DNA of 64,000 nt, taken from Ranitomeya imitator (taxonomy: Eukaryota). The position numbers were made by a program, and so were the translations under genes. Below are positions 39,501-51,644 of the stretch, in pieces (positions within the stretch are counted from its first letter, which is position 1; each line of letters opens with the position of its first letter). A model generated the notes under the pieces. The model saw nothing but the letters and a program-made list of their open reading frames with translations, did no database searches and had not been told where the DNA came from. The stretch spans positions 15,500,001-15,564,000 of the forward strand of contig NC_091289.1 in assembly GCF_032444005.1 (NCBI RefSeq). Direction: 5' to 3'.

Positions 39501-40460
39501 GGGTGTTGTGGCCGGTGCTGTATGGGGCGTTGTGGCCGGCACTGTATAGGGCGTTGTGGTTGGAGCTGTATGGGGTGTTGTGGTCGGCACTGTATGGGGC
39601 GTTGTGGTCGGCGCTGTATGGGGCGTTGTGGTCGGCGCTGTATGGGGCGTTGTGGCCGGCGCTGTATGGGGTGTTGTGGCCGGCGCTGTATGGGGCGTTG
39701 TGGTCGGCGCTGTATAGGGTGTTGTGGCCGGTGCTGTATGGGGTGTTGTGGCCGGCGCTGTATGGAGCGTTGTGGTCGGCACTGTATGGGGTGTTGTGGC
39801 TGGCGCTGTATGGGGTGTTGTGGCCGGTGCTGTATGGGGCGTTGTGGCCGGCGCTGTATGGGGCGTTGTGGCCGGCGCTGTATGGAGCGTTGTGGTCGGC
39901 ACTGTATGGGGCGTTGTGGTCGGCGCTGTATGGAGCGCTGTGGCCGGCACTGTATAGGGCGTTGTGGTTGGAGCTGTATGGAGTGTTGTGGCCGGTGCTG
40001 TATGGAGTGTTGTGGTCGGCACTGTATGGGGTGTTGTGGCTGGCGCTGTATGGGGTGTTGTGGCCGGTGCTGTATGGGGCGTTGTGGCCGGCACTGTATA
40101 GGGCGTTGTGGTTGGAGCTGTATGGAGTGTTGTGGTCGGCACTGTATGGGGTGTTGTGGCTGGCGCTGTATGGGGTGTTGTGGCCGGTGCTGTATGGAGC
40201 GCTGTGGCCGGCACTGTATGGGGCGTTGTGGTTGGAGCTGTATGGAGCGCTGTGGCCGGCACTGTATGGGGCGTTGTGGTTGGAGCTGTATGGAGTGTTG
40301 TGGTCGGCACTGTATGGAGCGTTGTGGTCGGCACTGTATGGGGTGTTGTGGCTGGCGCTGTATGGGGTGTTGTGGCCGGTGCTGTATGGAGCGTTGTGGT
40401 CGGCGCTGTATGGGGCGTTGTGGCCGGCGCTGTATGGAGCGTTGTGGTCGGCACTGTATG
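36596..40460 (+). repeat. 24-bp GC-rich minisatellite, about 160 units
   Basis: Unit GGCGTTGTGGTCGGCACTGTATGG and variants. The period is a multiple of 3, which explains the >1000-aa ORFs on both strands. Confidence 0.97.
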
Positions 40461-41520
40461 GATGGTTCGGAGAATGGGGCGTCATGGTCATCGTAGAGAA
40501 GAGCAGAGAGGTTGTTCCCACTGATCAGCGCACAGCAGTGTGACCTTTAGTGCAGCCATGTTGGATCTGGTCGGGTCGCAGCCGATCATCACTGCACATG
40601 AGCTCAGTCTCTGGTGCCACCCGGAGTAACTGAACTACAGCCTGGAGCCGCCACACATGGGAAGATTCTGGGGTTTTCTGACATCCCGCTATGCCCGTGC
40701 CCTTGGCTGAGGCCGGATGGCGCCCTGGCAGGATGACATGATGGGGTGCGTTTCGTCATATGGGCAGAAGTTACCATGGAGACGTCTCCATCCTCTACAG
40801 AAATGCCAGATCTGCCCCAAATCCCACGCTGATTAATGACACCGGACCCGTTAGATCTACAATGATGAGAAAGTATGTGAACCCCAAGTGTTACGTCGCT
40901 CTGAAGAAATTGGAGCCATAGACAAAGAGAAGCCACGGAAATACACATGAGGCTCTGATACATCAAGGTGCCTGACCGCTGTCATCACACTCACTCGGCT
41001 CTGCTATTCCAAGTCTTAAAGGGATATTACGGCGCCAGCAAATAAAGGATATTATAATAAAACCTATATACTTTCTGCATTAATTCCTTAAAAGTTTTCA
41101 AGATCTCCGCTTGCAGTCATGCGCTGCTCACTGTACCGAGCCCTGCAGCCGTGCATCCGTCAGAACTGAGTGATGTCCCAGAAGACTAAAAAGTGAAGGT
41201 TTCTATAGTATGACTGCAAGCAGAGATCTTGAAAAGGTAGAGGAGGTTATGTCTTCTGTCTTGTAGGAGCTGCGTTACTCCACATGTTGGGAGCTCCCCC
41301 TAGTGGCTTCTGTAGGAAGCAGGCATTTTATCATTTCCCTAGATGGCTATAAACGGGAGATGATTGGCTCTCTGTATCAGTAAATTAGCGTTCCACTTTA
41401 CTGCCCTAGACCGCCAGGGATATACCCATTACCATGGATTATACCGCAACACTCTGCTGCCTTGTTGTTTATGGGGTGCGCTCTGCTCGCACTGCGGTGG
41501 AATGAATTATGTTTACAATA

Positions 41521-42625
41521 TGGCAGCATTAGTTATGTGTACTGTATGGCAGCATTAGTTGTGTACAGTATGGCAGCATTAGTTATGTGTACTGTATGGC
41601 AGCATTAGTTGTGTACAGTATGGCAGCATTAGTTATGTGTACAGTATGGCAGCATTAGTTGTGTACAGTAGGGTAGCATTAGTTATGTGTACTGTATGGC
41701 AGCATTAGTTGTGTACAGTATGGCAGCATTACTTGTGTATAGAATAGCAGCATTAGTTATGTGTACAGTAGGGTAGCATTAGTTGTGTACAGTACGGTAG
41801 CATTAGTTGTGTACAGTAGGGTAGCATTAGTTATGTACAGTACGGTAGCATTAGTTATGTACAGTATGGTAGAATTAGTTATATGTACAGTACGGTAGCA
41901 TTAGTTGTGTACAGTAGGGTAGCATTAGTTGTGTACAGTATGGTAGCATTAGTTGTGTACAGTAGGGTAGCATTAGTTGTGTACAGTATGGTAGCATTAG
42001 TTGTGTACAGTAGGGTAGCATTAGTTGTGTACAGTATGGTAGCATTAGTTGTGTACAGTATGGTAGCATTAGTTGTGTACAGTAGGGCAGCATTAGTTAT
42101 GTGTACAGTATGGCAGCATTAGTTGTGTACAGTATGGCAGCATTAGTTATGTGTACAGTATGGCAGCATTAGTTATGTGTACAGTATGGCAGCATTAGTT
42201 GTGTACAGTATGGCAGCATTAGTTGTGTACAGTATGGCAGCATTAGTTGTGTACAGTATGGCAGCATTAGTTATGTGTACAGTATGGCAGCATTAGTTGT
42301 GTACAGTATGGTAGCATTAGTTGTGTACAGTAGTGTAGCATTAGTTGTGTACAGTAGGGCAGCATTAGTTATGTGTACAGTAGGGTAGCATTAGTTGTGT
42401 ACAGTAGGGTAGCATTAGTTATGTGTACAGTAGGGTAGCATTAGTTGTGTACAGTAGGGTAGCATTAGTTGTGTACAGTAGGGTAGCATTAGTTGTGTAC
42501 AGTAGGGTAGCATTAGTTGTGTACAGTATGGCAGCATTAGTTGTGTGCAGTACGGTAGCATTAGTTATGTGTACAGAAGGGTAGCATTAGTTGTGTGTAC
42601 AGTAGGGCAGCACTAGTTATGTGTA
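41521..42625 (+). repeat. 24/26-bp minisatellite
   Basis: Unit GGCAGCATTAGTT(AT)GTGTACAGTAT and variants. Confidence 0.96.
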
Positions 42626-42696
42626 CAGTAATGGCCCCTACTCCTGGGATTGGCTTTGTATACAGCATCCAGCTAGGCGGGTAGAGGAGACACATG

Positions 42697-42980
42697 TCGC
42701 TGTTGTCTGATGCCCGGGTCACTGTTGTCTGATCCCAGGGTCGCTGTTGTCTGATCCCCAGGTCGCTGTTGTCTGATCCCCAGGTCGCTGTTGTCTGATC
42801 CCCAAGTCGCTGTTGTCTGATCCCCAGGTCGCTGTTGTCTGATCTCCAGGTCGCTGTTGTCTGATCCCCAGGTCGCTGTTGTCTGATCCCCCAGGTCGCT
42901 GTTGTCTGATCCCCAGGTCGCTGTTGTCTGATCCCCAGGTCGCTGTTGTCTGATCCCCAGGTCGCTGTTGTCTGATCCCC
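42697..42980 (+). repeat. 22/23-bp minisatellite
   Basis: Unit GTCGCTGTTGTCTGATCCCCAG, about 13 copies. Confidence 0.95.
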
Positions 42981-43589
42981 GGGACCTTACTGTGGAAATA
43001 ATGAGGCTGTCAGGGTGATACAGCTCTGTAATGATTTTGCAAGTCCTGGCCGTGGCTCTGACAGTTCTCCCTGTCACGTTCCAGCTGGCTGAAGATTTTA
43101 TTAAGTGGATTTTCTGTTCCTTTATATTCGCATAAAAGCTCCACAGAAGCCACAGATGTAAATAAAGAGAAAATTCTGCTGTATACAGCTGATCACACGG
43201 GATCCCACAACCATGAGCGCCGACACAATCTCATCCTCTGTATACCACACGATTTGTGCTTATACTAAAATACTCGTCTCACGTACGGAAGCCGCCAATA
43301 CGATCGAGAAATAGGGATAAAAATGTAGAAGTCATTGCATCAAAAGGGCTCCAGGGGCCTGATACCCCCAATATCAAATGATTACTACCATCATATATTG
43401 GATGGATGGATAGATAGATGTAGAAAGGAGGAATGTAAGGGGCTGTAAACAAATAAATATGGAACAACAATGCAGATTAAAATAATGTTTATATGTCCTA
43501 ACTGCCATTTACTGCTGAAAGTGGCCTCTCATCCGTCCATCATCCATCCTCTGTGCATCTATATGTGTTGTATCAGGAAGATAGAATAT

Positions 43590-43745
43590 CTAGCAGCTAG
43601 CTTTCTTTCTTCCTCTTACTTTCCTTCTTTCCTTCCTTTCTTTCCTTCCTTTCTTCCTTCCTTCTTCTTTCTTTCCTTCCTTCCTTTTTTTTTTTTTCTT
43701 TTTTTTTTTATATAGCGCTAACATATTCTGCAGCGCTTTACAGAC
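43590..43745 (-). mobile_element. Extreme 3' end of an L2-type LINE with a degenerate (GGAA)n/poly-A tail
   Basis: 43709-43742 is the reverse complement of TGTAAAGCGCTGCAGAATATGTTAGCGCTATATA, the same end as at 18835-18868. It adjoins a CCTT/T-rich tract. Confidence 0.65.
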
Positions 43746-43909
43746 ATTATCAATGAAATCTGTTGTCGGTCACTAAATTACAACAAATCTAAATTGCAAC
43801 AAAATGGCACAAGTCTGCCGAACGAGGCGCAACTTAAATGGATAAAAATATAGGAAAGAAAAATCATACAGATAACCACATTTTCAGAAGGCTGTTTGCT
43901 TTCTCCGTG

Positions 43910-44354
43910 NNNNNNNNNNNNNNNNNNNNNNNNNNNNNNNNNNNNNNNNNNNNNNNNNNNNNNNNNNNNNNNNNNNNNNNNNNNNNNNNNNNNNNNNNNN
44001 NNNNNNNNNNNNNNNNNNNNNNNNNNNNNNNNNNNNNNNNNNNNNNNNNNNNNNNNNNNNNNNNNNNNNNNNNNNNNNNNNNNNNNNNNNNNNNNNNNNN
44101 NNNNNNNNNNNNNNNNNNNNNNNNNNNNNNNNNNNNNNNNNNNNNNNNNNNNNNNNNNNNNNNNNNNNNNNNNNNNNNNNNNNNNNNNNNNNNNNNNNNN
44201 NNNNNNNNNNNNNNNNNNNNNNNNNNNNNNNNNNNNNNNNNNNNNNNNNNNNNNNNNNNNNNNNNNNNNNNNNNNNNNNNNNNNNNNNNNNNNNNNNNNN
44301 NNNNNNNNNNNNNNNNNNNNNNNNNNNNNNNNNNNNNNNNNNNNNNNNNNNNNN
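43910..44354. other. Assembly gap (445 N)
   Basis: Run of N characters. Confidence 1.
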
Positions 44355-44430
44355 CTTCTTTCCCGCAGTGGTGCTGAAGTTCCACTTGACCAAGTTTTAA
44401 GTACTTAAGGGAAACTGAATAAGGATCTCA

Positions 44431-45125
44431 AAGACACAAAAGAGCACAGTGAGGTCAAAAATACTCTGTTGTAAAAAAAAAATCACAGTAATAAGCATGT
44501 GCTATTCAAAAGATCATTTTTTTCCATCTTTTGACTAGCACTTGCTTATTACTGTGAATTTTTTTTACAACAGAGTATTTTTGACCTCACTGTGCTCTTT
44601 TGTGTCTTCAAGTTTCTTGGTGGTGTGTGAACATGTTCTTACAGACTTGTTCAATGTGCAAGTAGCCCATGTGTTCCTGGTTCTATAATTGTTCTCTTGT
44701 TTCTACAAGACTGGGGAGTCCACCACTCTTTTGTGGATTATTTGCACTAAAGCTGTTCCATCCAGCATGTCCACATGGATGTTCCCTCACTGAACCCTGC
44801 TTATACAGGTACTATACAGATGATCAGGTTTTTAAATATATCAGATAGGGATTATATACATTAGGTAGGACTGCTCTATATGGGTATACCTTGACTATTG
44901 GTGGAGCAGCTTAGTATACATTTTTTTGCAAAAAAATATCAACTAAATACCCTTTTTTCTATCTTTTGACTAGCACTTGCTTATTACTGTGATTTTTTTA
45001 CAACAGTATTTTTGACCTCACTGTGCTCTTTTGTGTCTTCAAGTTTCTTGGTGGTGTGAACATGTTCTTCCAGACTTGTTCACTGTGCAAGTAGCCCATG
45101 TGTTTCTGGTCCTGAATAAGGATCT
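44431..45125. repeat. Local fold-back plus direct duplication
   Basis: 44431-44514 is inverted relative to 44526-44608, and 44526-44680 is directly repeated at 44961-45109. Confidence 0.85.
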
Positions 45126-47195
45126 GATATGAAGAAAAAAAAAAAAGCATCTGCTTCTCCTCCGTAATCTCGTCTTCATTTGTGGAGTCCGGGGCTCCTG
45201 TTGCTTTCTGGCTCTCAGCGGCTTCATGACACTTTAATGTGAGTGTGAGCACATTCGGCGGCTGCCAGTCTTCTCGGGTCGTATCCGTAAGACAAAGCGT
45301 CACGCTTACACTGTGCCAGCGCCAAGTATAAGTGCACCAATAATTCCCAAATGACATACTGCACCGTCCATAGGGCTGAACTGCAATACCAGGCACAGCC
45401 AGCGCATAAGGTGGCGCTGCCTCTAGTAAGAAAGGAAATAGTGTCAGCGCTCACCTGAATGGGATTATTCCTCCTGGCGTGCGGTGTCCTCCCCTGACCT
45501 CAGTCTCACCCCACTAGGTTCCTCTCTGGGGCTAAACATCAGTAGGATCGATCCCTACAGTAAACTTTTAGCCATGGCAAATAAAATGAAAACCACCATT
45601 CTTTACACCGCTGGCTGCATCCAAAAAAAAAAAAAAATCTATATTGGAAATTACAAGGTTTATATTAAAAATTACTTTTAAAAAATTTTTTTTAAAAAAA
45701 TGTAATGCTAAAGTTGCTAAAATTCCACCTGTCCGTTCACCACCTTGTTCTCCAATATCTTTTCTATCAGACATTTTGCTAAGTGCTAATTATGCGTGCT
45801 ATATGCAAATGACCTCTAACAGTCATCTGGGCGGAGCCATTACTATTGACATAATTCGTTTTGTGCCTTTTTTGGGGGAGGGAATAAAAGTTTGTGTTTT
45901 AGGCTTTTATTTAATCAATTTCATTATGGTTTTTGTGCCATTTTATGTTTGTCTTTTCCTCGTCGTTTTCTAGGGTTTGCATAACGACGTTGGCGAGATT
46001 TTCATTAACGAGAATTTTTTTGGCTAATTGATTATTTGAAACTTTTCGAAATGCCATTTTCACGCTTATCGTATGAAATGTTACTCTAAAAATGGCACGA
46101 AAAAGAGCAAAAATAAAGGGAAAAAAAGCCTGAATTCATCTATTCTCTTTATTGCATTTTATCTTATTTGCTTTTTAGGCATTTTTATGTTTGGATTAAA
46201 TTCATTACGGCTTTTGGGTCATTTTTCCACTGTATATTTTCCCAGTCCTGCTCATTTATTTAGGTTTGCTCATCAATGTGCCTGTGATTTTCATTATACA
46301 GATTTTGGGGGGGGGGGATGTTTTTGTTTTTGCAATTTTTAAAAATGGCGAGAAATTTTCGCACAGTGGTTCTTCAGGTACTGGAGTGGGATAAGAAATA
46401 CCGCCTAGTTTGCTTAGTTGAAAACTCACTTTTGACTTTTATGATTAACGAAATGGTCGTACAATACTTTTCTCTAAAGAGCGGCCCGATTCATCAATAT
46501 TTCACATTTTTCCAACATACCGCAGCATTTGAATACATTTTTGGTGCAAAACTATAAAAAAAAAAAAAAAAAAAACACAATTGATGAACTGGTGCCAGAA
46601 TCATCAAACATTGTGCATAGAGATGGTGAGAATAGTTCCGGTCCAGCGGCCGGTCCCATGTGATCCACCTCTTACCTCCTGACATCCCAGACTCTTCTTT
46701 TGATTAGTCGGCCAGGAGAGACATCATTGTTGCGGCATATTGCACGTGTGACGTCGCGCCAATCCAAAAGAAGTGGCGCAGATGACAGGTAGGAGGCGAC
46801 CATCCCTTGTGATGGTCTCAGATTACTGACATGGTCACTGGCAGATCGATTCGCACCATCTCTAATTGTGCGCCATTTTTTATGACTTTGATTGAAAATG
46901 CACGCGAAAAACAGATAAGGTATAAAAAAAGGCTTTAAATGACTTAAAGGGACAATTTTAATAGGAATAAAAAAAATCCTATGTGTTGTCAAGAATCGAG
47001 GGATTTTAAATTTTGCTGTCTAGCTACGTGGCGGAGACTGAACCATGCTTACAAGCTCTTTAATAGAGCTTGTAAGCACTAATCTAAAGCTGTACGGATT
47101 GCTGGAGCGCACGAACCGGGCCAGCTGTAGTGTTACTGCTCTCCTCCGCAGCATCGAAGGAGCGCACGGTCGGGACCAGCAGCACAAATTGTCAC

Positions 47196-47267
47196 TCTTC
47201 AGGAGCACACAGCTCCCCCTGGCAGCCCGGATGCTGAGAGGCAGGGGGAGCTGTGTGCTCCTGAAGA
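47196..47267. repeat. Perfect 26-bp inverted repeat with a 20-nt loop
   Basis: TCTTCAGGAGCACACAGCTCCCCCTG (47196-47221) and CAGGGGGAGCTGTGTGCTCCTGAAGA (47242-47267). Confidence 0.9.
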
Positions 47268-47369
47268 ACAAACCTGAGAATAGCACTTGCAAATGATGAA
47301 TCGGGTGGACCGGAGAAGAATGTCCTTCTCCTTTTGATGTAGATTTTGCAATGTTATTGTAAAGTATAA

Positions 47370-48130
47370 GGTTTATTAATTCCGCACAGTCGCGGCAGAA
47401 GCAGGAAAAAAAAAAAATCCCAGAGCAGGCGGATTGCGAAGACAGCAAAACACATCAGGAGCATCAAACCTTAAATCCGCCCGAGGCTGCGGCTAATCCT
47501 CTTTACAACGAAAAGCATCATGTACGTTGTACTCCGCTCTAATTGATTAACTCGGCCCAGCTCTTCTCATACTCTGCCAGGATCCGCTCAGCCGCCATTA
47601 CAGTCTGGATACAAATCTAACAACTCTATAGAATTTTTAGAGGAAACAAAACCTTCTTTTGTTCACTTTCAGTCCTTTATTTCTCACCGTCTATTGATTC
47701 TGCGCTATTGTGATCTTCAGTTGAGATTTATAATGAGGCTTCAAATTGGAGATCACAGCGGCACAAGCGGCGCAGACGCTCGGGCCCGCGGAGATAATTG
47801 TAGCAATTTTCTTCCCCGAGAAACGTCATTGTTCTTTCGGGTCTTTAAACAACGTCAGTCGGAGGTGAACTTTGATTCTGTCGCGCTGCCGGCCCCGCTG
47901 GGGTCTTGGGGAAGGCAGGCAGTGCCGTCTTGTCCCTCAACTCGGGGTCACTGCTTCCATAAAGCTGCAATTCAAACCCTGTGATTAAGTCGTGCAAAAG
48001 GATTACAGCGAGAAGCGGCGCAGGCGATTCATATCTTCCCGAGTCTCTGGAGCGACGCTGCAGGCAGCAGATTGCTGTGCGGAGATCGCTCGGAGCCATG
48101 CAATCATCTGAACGGCGGTTTAATTCTCAG
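47370..48130 (+). promoter_or_regulatory. CpG-rich non-repetitive region; possible promoter or non-coding first exon of klhdc8b
   Basis: Visible CpG enrichment (e.g. GCGGCGCAGACGCTCGGGCCCGCGG) and a possible donor GAG|GTGAAC at 47864. The klhdc8b coding exon has an upstream acceptor, so a UTR exon is expected. The link is inference. Confidence 0.3.
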
Positions 48131-48245
48131 AACGTGTAATATATTGGATTGAAAAAGTTTCTTTTTGTCATTTTCCTGTAGTCCTTCAGGGTAAAGATTC
48201 CGCCTCTGCGATTAGGAAAGGTCCAATGGGAAAGGCTACAAATTC

Positions 48246-49738
48246 TGGGACCACCACTGATTCCAAGAATAGTGAGTGCACGATGGGACCAGCACTGATC
48301 CCAAGAATATTGAGTTCATGATGAGACCACCACTGATCCCAAGAATAGTGAGTGCACGATGGGACCAGCACTGATCCCAAGAATATTGAGTTCATGATGA
48401 GACCACCACTGATCCCAAGAATAGTGAGTGCACGATGGGACCAGCACTGATCCCAAGAATATTGAGTTCATGATGAGACCACCACTGATCCCAAGAATAG
48501 TGAATTCATGATGAGACCACCACTGATCTCAAGAATAGTGAGTGCACGATGGGACCAGCACTGATCCCAAGAATAGTGAGTGCACGATGGGACCAGCACT
48601 GATCCCAAGAATAGTGAGTGCACGATGGGACCAGCACTGATCCCAAGAATAGTGAGTGCACGATGGGACCAGCACTGATTCCAAGAATAGTGAGTGCACG
48701 TTAGGACCACCGTCGATCCCGAGCATAGTGAGTTAGTGTTGGACCACCACCAATCTTGAGAATAGTGAGTGCACGATGGGACCACCACTGATGCCAAGAA
48801 TAATGAGTGTACGATGGGACCACCACTGATCCCAAGAATAGTGAGTGTACGTTGGGACCACCACTGATTCCAAGAATAGTGAGTGCACGATGGAACCACC
48901 ACTGATCCCAAGAATAGTGAGTGCACGATGGGACCAGCACTGATCCCAAGAATAATGAGTTCATGATGAGACCACCACTGATCCCAAGAATAGTGAGTGC
49001 ATGTTGGGACCACCACTGATTCCAAGAATAGTGAATGCACGTTGGGACCACCACTGATTCCAAGAATAGTGAGTGCACGTTGGGACCACCACTGATCTCA
49101 AGAATAGTGAGTTCATGATGAGACCACCACTGATCTCAAGAATAGTGAGTGCACGATGGGACCACCACTGATCCCAAGAATAGTGAGTGCACGTTAGGAC
49201 AACCGTCGATCCCGAGCATAGTGAGTTAACGTTGGTACCACCACCAATCATGAGAATAGTCAGTGCATTTTGGGACCACCACCGATCCCAAGAATATTGA
49301 GTGCACGTTGGGACCACCACCGATCCCAAGAATATTGAGTGCACGTTGGGACCACCACTGATCCCAAGAATAGTGAGTGCAGGTTGGGACCACCACTGAT
49401 CCCAAGAATAGTGAGTGCAAGTTGGGACCACCACTGATCCCAAGAATAGTGAGTGCACGTTAGGACCACCGTCGATCCTGAGCATAGTGAGTTAGTGTTG
49501 GACCACCACCAATCTTGAGAATAGTGAGTACATGTTGGGACCACCGTCGATCCCGAGCATAGTGAGTTAACGTTGGTACCACCACCAATCATGAGAATAG
49601 TCAGTGCATTTTGGGACCACCACCGATCCCAAGAATATTGAGTGCATGTTGGACCACCACTGATCCCAAGAATATTGAGTGCACGTTGGGACCACCACTG
49701 TCTCCAAGAATAGTGAGTGCATGTTGGACCACCACCAT
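48246..49738 (+). repeat. 38-bp minisatellite with 41-bp variants
   Basis: Unit TGGGACCACCACTGATCCCAAGAATAGTGAGTGCACGA. Confidence 0.95.
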
Positions 49739-49957
49739 AATACAACAATACAATACTGACAATATGCACATTGATGGTAGAGTCCCTTATAGTCCAGTGT
49801 AGCTCCACTTGCAGGTTGTTCCCAGGAGTCCAGTACATAGAAGCCCCCTAGGAATTGTGTGTCGGGGAAAACCAACTCTGCCCACTAACTACATGTATAT
49901 GTATATCCAGCACGCCCAAAATATTATATATAAAATGTGTGAGTGTAGCCCTGAAGC

Positions 49958-50910
49958 ATAATACAACTCAGGATCAGTATTGTATGTGCACAGTGACTGC
50001 ACCAGCAGAATAGTGAGTGCAGCTCTGGGGTATAATAAAGGATGTAACTCGGGATCAGTAATGTAATGTATGTACACAGTGACTGCACCAGCAGAATAGT
50101 GAGTGCAGCTCTCGGGCATAATACAGGATATAACTCAGGATCAGTAATGTAATGTGTGTACACAGTGACTGCACCAGCAGAATAGTGAGTGCAGCTCTGG
50201 AGTATAAAACAGAATGTAACTCAGGATTAGTAATGTAATGTATGTACACAGCGACTGCACCAGCAGAATAGTGAGTGCAGCTCTGGAAGATAATACAGAA
50301 TGTAACTCAGGATCAGTAATGTAATGTATGTACACAGTGACTGCACCAGCAGAAAAGTGAGTGCAGCTCTGGAGTATAATACAGGAGGTAACTCAGGATC
50401 AGTAATGTAATGTATGTACACAGTGACAGCACCAGCAGAATAGTGAGTGCAGCTCTCGGGTATAATACAGAATGTAACTCAGGATCAGTAACGTAATGTA
50501 TGTACACAGTGACTGCACCAGCAGAATAGTGAGTGCAGCTCTCGGGCATAATACAGGATATAACTCAGGATCAGTAATGTAATGTGTGTACACAGTGACT
50601 GCACCAGCAGAATAGTGAGTGCAGCTCTGGGGTATAATACAGGATATAACTCAGGATTAGTAATGTAATGTATGTACACAGTGACTGCACCAGCAGAAGA
50701 GTGAGTGCAGCTCTGGGGTATAATACAGGATGTAACTCAGGATCAGTAATGTAATGTATGTACACAGTGACTGCACCAGCAGAAAAGTGAGTGCAGCTCT
50801 GGAGTATAATACAGGAGGTAACTCAGGATCAGTAATGTAATGTATGTACACAGTGACTGCACCAGCAGAATAGTGAGTGCAGCTCTGGGGTATAATACAG
50901 GATAAGTAAT
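49958..50910 (-). repeat. 86-bp satellite, inverted copy (about 11 units)
   Basis: Reverse complement of the unit at 1-3175; minus-strand ORFs recur every 86 nt. Confidence 0.97.
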
Positions 50911-51644
50911 GTAATATAGTTTATGTAGTGAATTCATTTTTCTAATGAAATAACAGCCGGCAGTACATATATAAAGTAATACAACACAAAGCAATGAGGT
51001 ATCAGACTGTCACCAGATGTTCCTATACACACTGACACAGCAGCTGGGGGTCCATAAACCTGACAAATAATGGAGATTATTTTTTTCATTATCTCCGATT
51101 TTGGAATAATTCCCAGCAGGTGATTTGTTTCCATGGAACCTGTAATGGATTTCATGCGATCCTTTCGATGAATTTACCTATTTGCCTCAGCGGTGAGCAT
51201 CTGTATTAATGCAAAACTTTCTAAAGATTTTCTCTCCCTCTCCAGCTGTTTACTGAAGGCACGTGGGGGCTCCGCCATCTCTAATTCCTCATTTATATTT
51301 TATGGACTGCTCTTGTAAATAATATATCTCTGGGCTTTTAAGCTGTTAGAGCTCCTAATTTGGACTTGCTCAAGACAAATGAGATGGAAAATCCTTACAA
51401 CGGCCAATTATCCATGATTTATATAGGTGCTCTATAACCGGCAAAGTGCTGCCTCCTTTCCTTCAAAGCTGCTACAGAAGCCGACTGCCAACTATAGCCA
51501 CTGAGTGACTGATGTGCCTCCAACCACAGCCTCATGTCCCCGGACCCCCGGCCCCCCACAGAAAACTCACCCAAAACTTTACTCACAGCATTAGAGAGGA
51601 GATATAGACTGGTTACCCTACAGATCCATATATGTATAAGGGTA

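Noticed and set aside
36173-40543. ORFs of up to 1392 aa resembling mucin (ATTPHTAP), Cys-rich or Trp-rich repeat proteins
   Set aside because: The 24-bp period keeps frames open on both strands, 25-bp units and the 47-bp repeat shift frames, and no signal peptide or flanking domain links to them.
40460-40980. Exon-like signals on both strands right of the 24-bp array (e.g. acceptor at 40800)
   Set aside because: No frame gives a recognisable or phase-compatible product with the other candidate exons.
43838-44408. ORFs spanning the N run
   Set aside because: Artefacts of the assembly gap.
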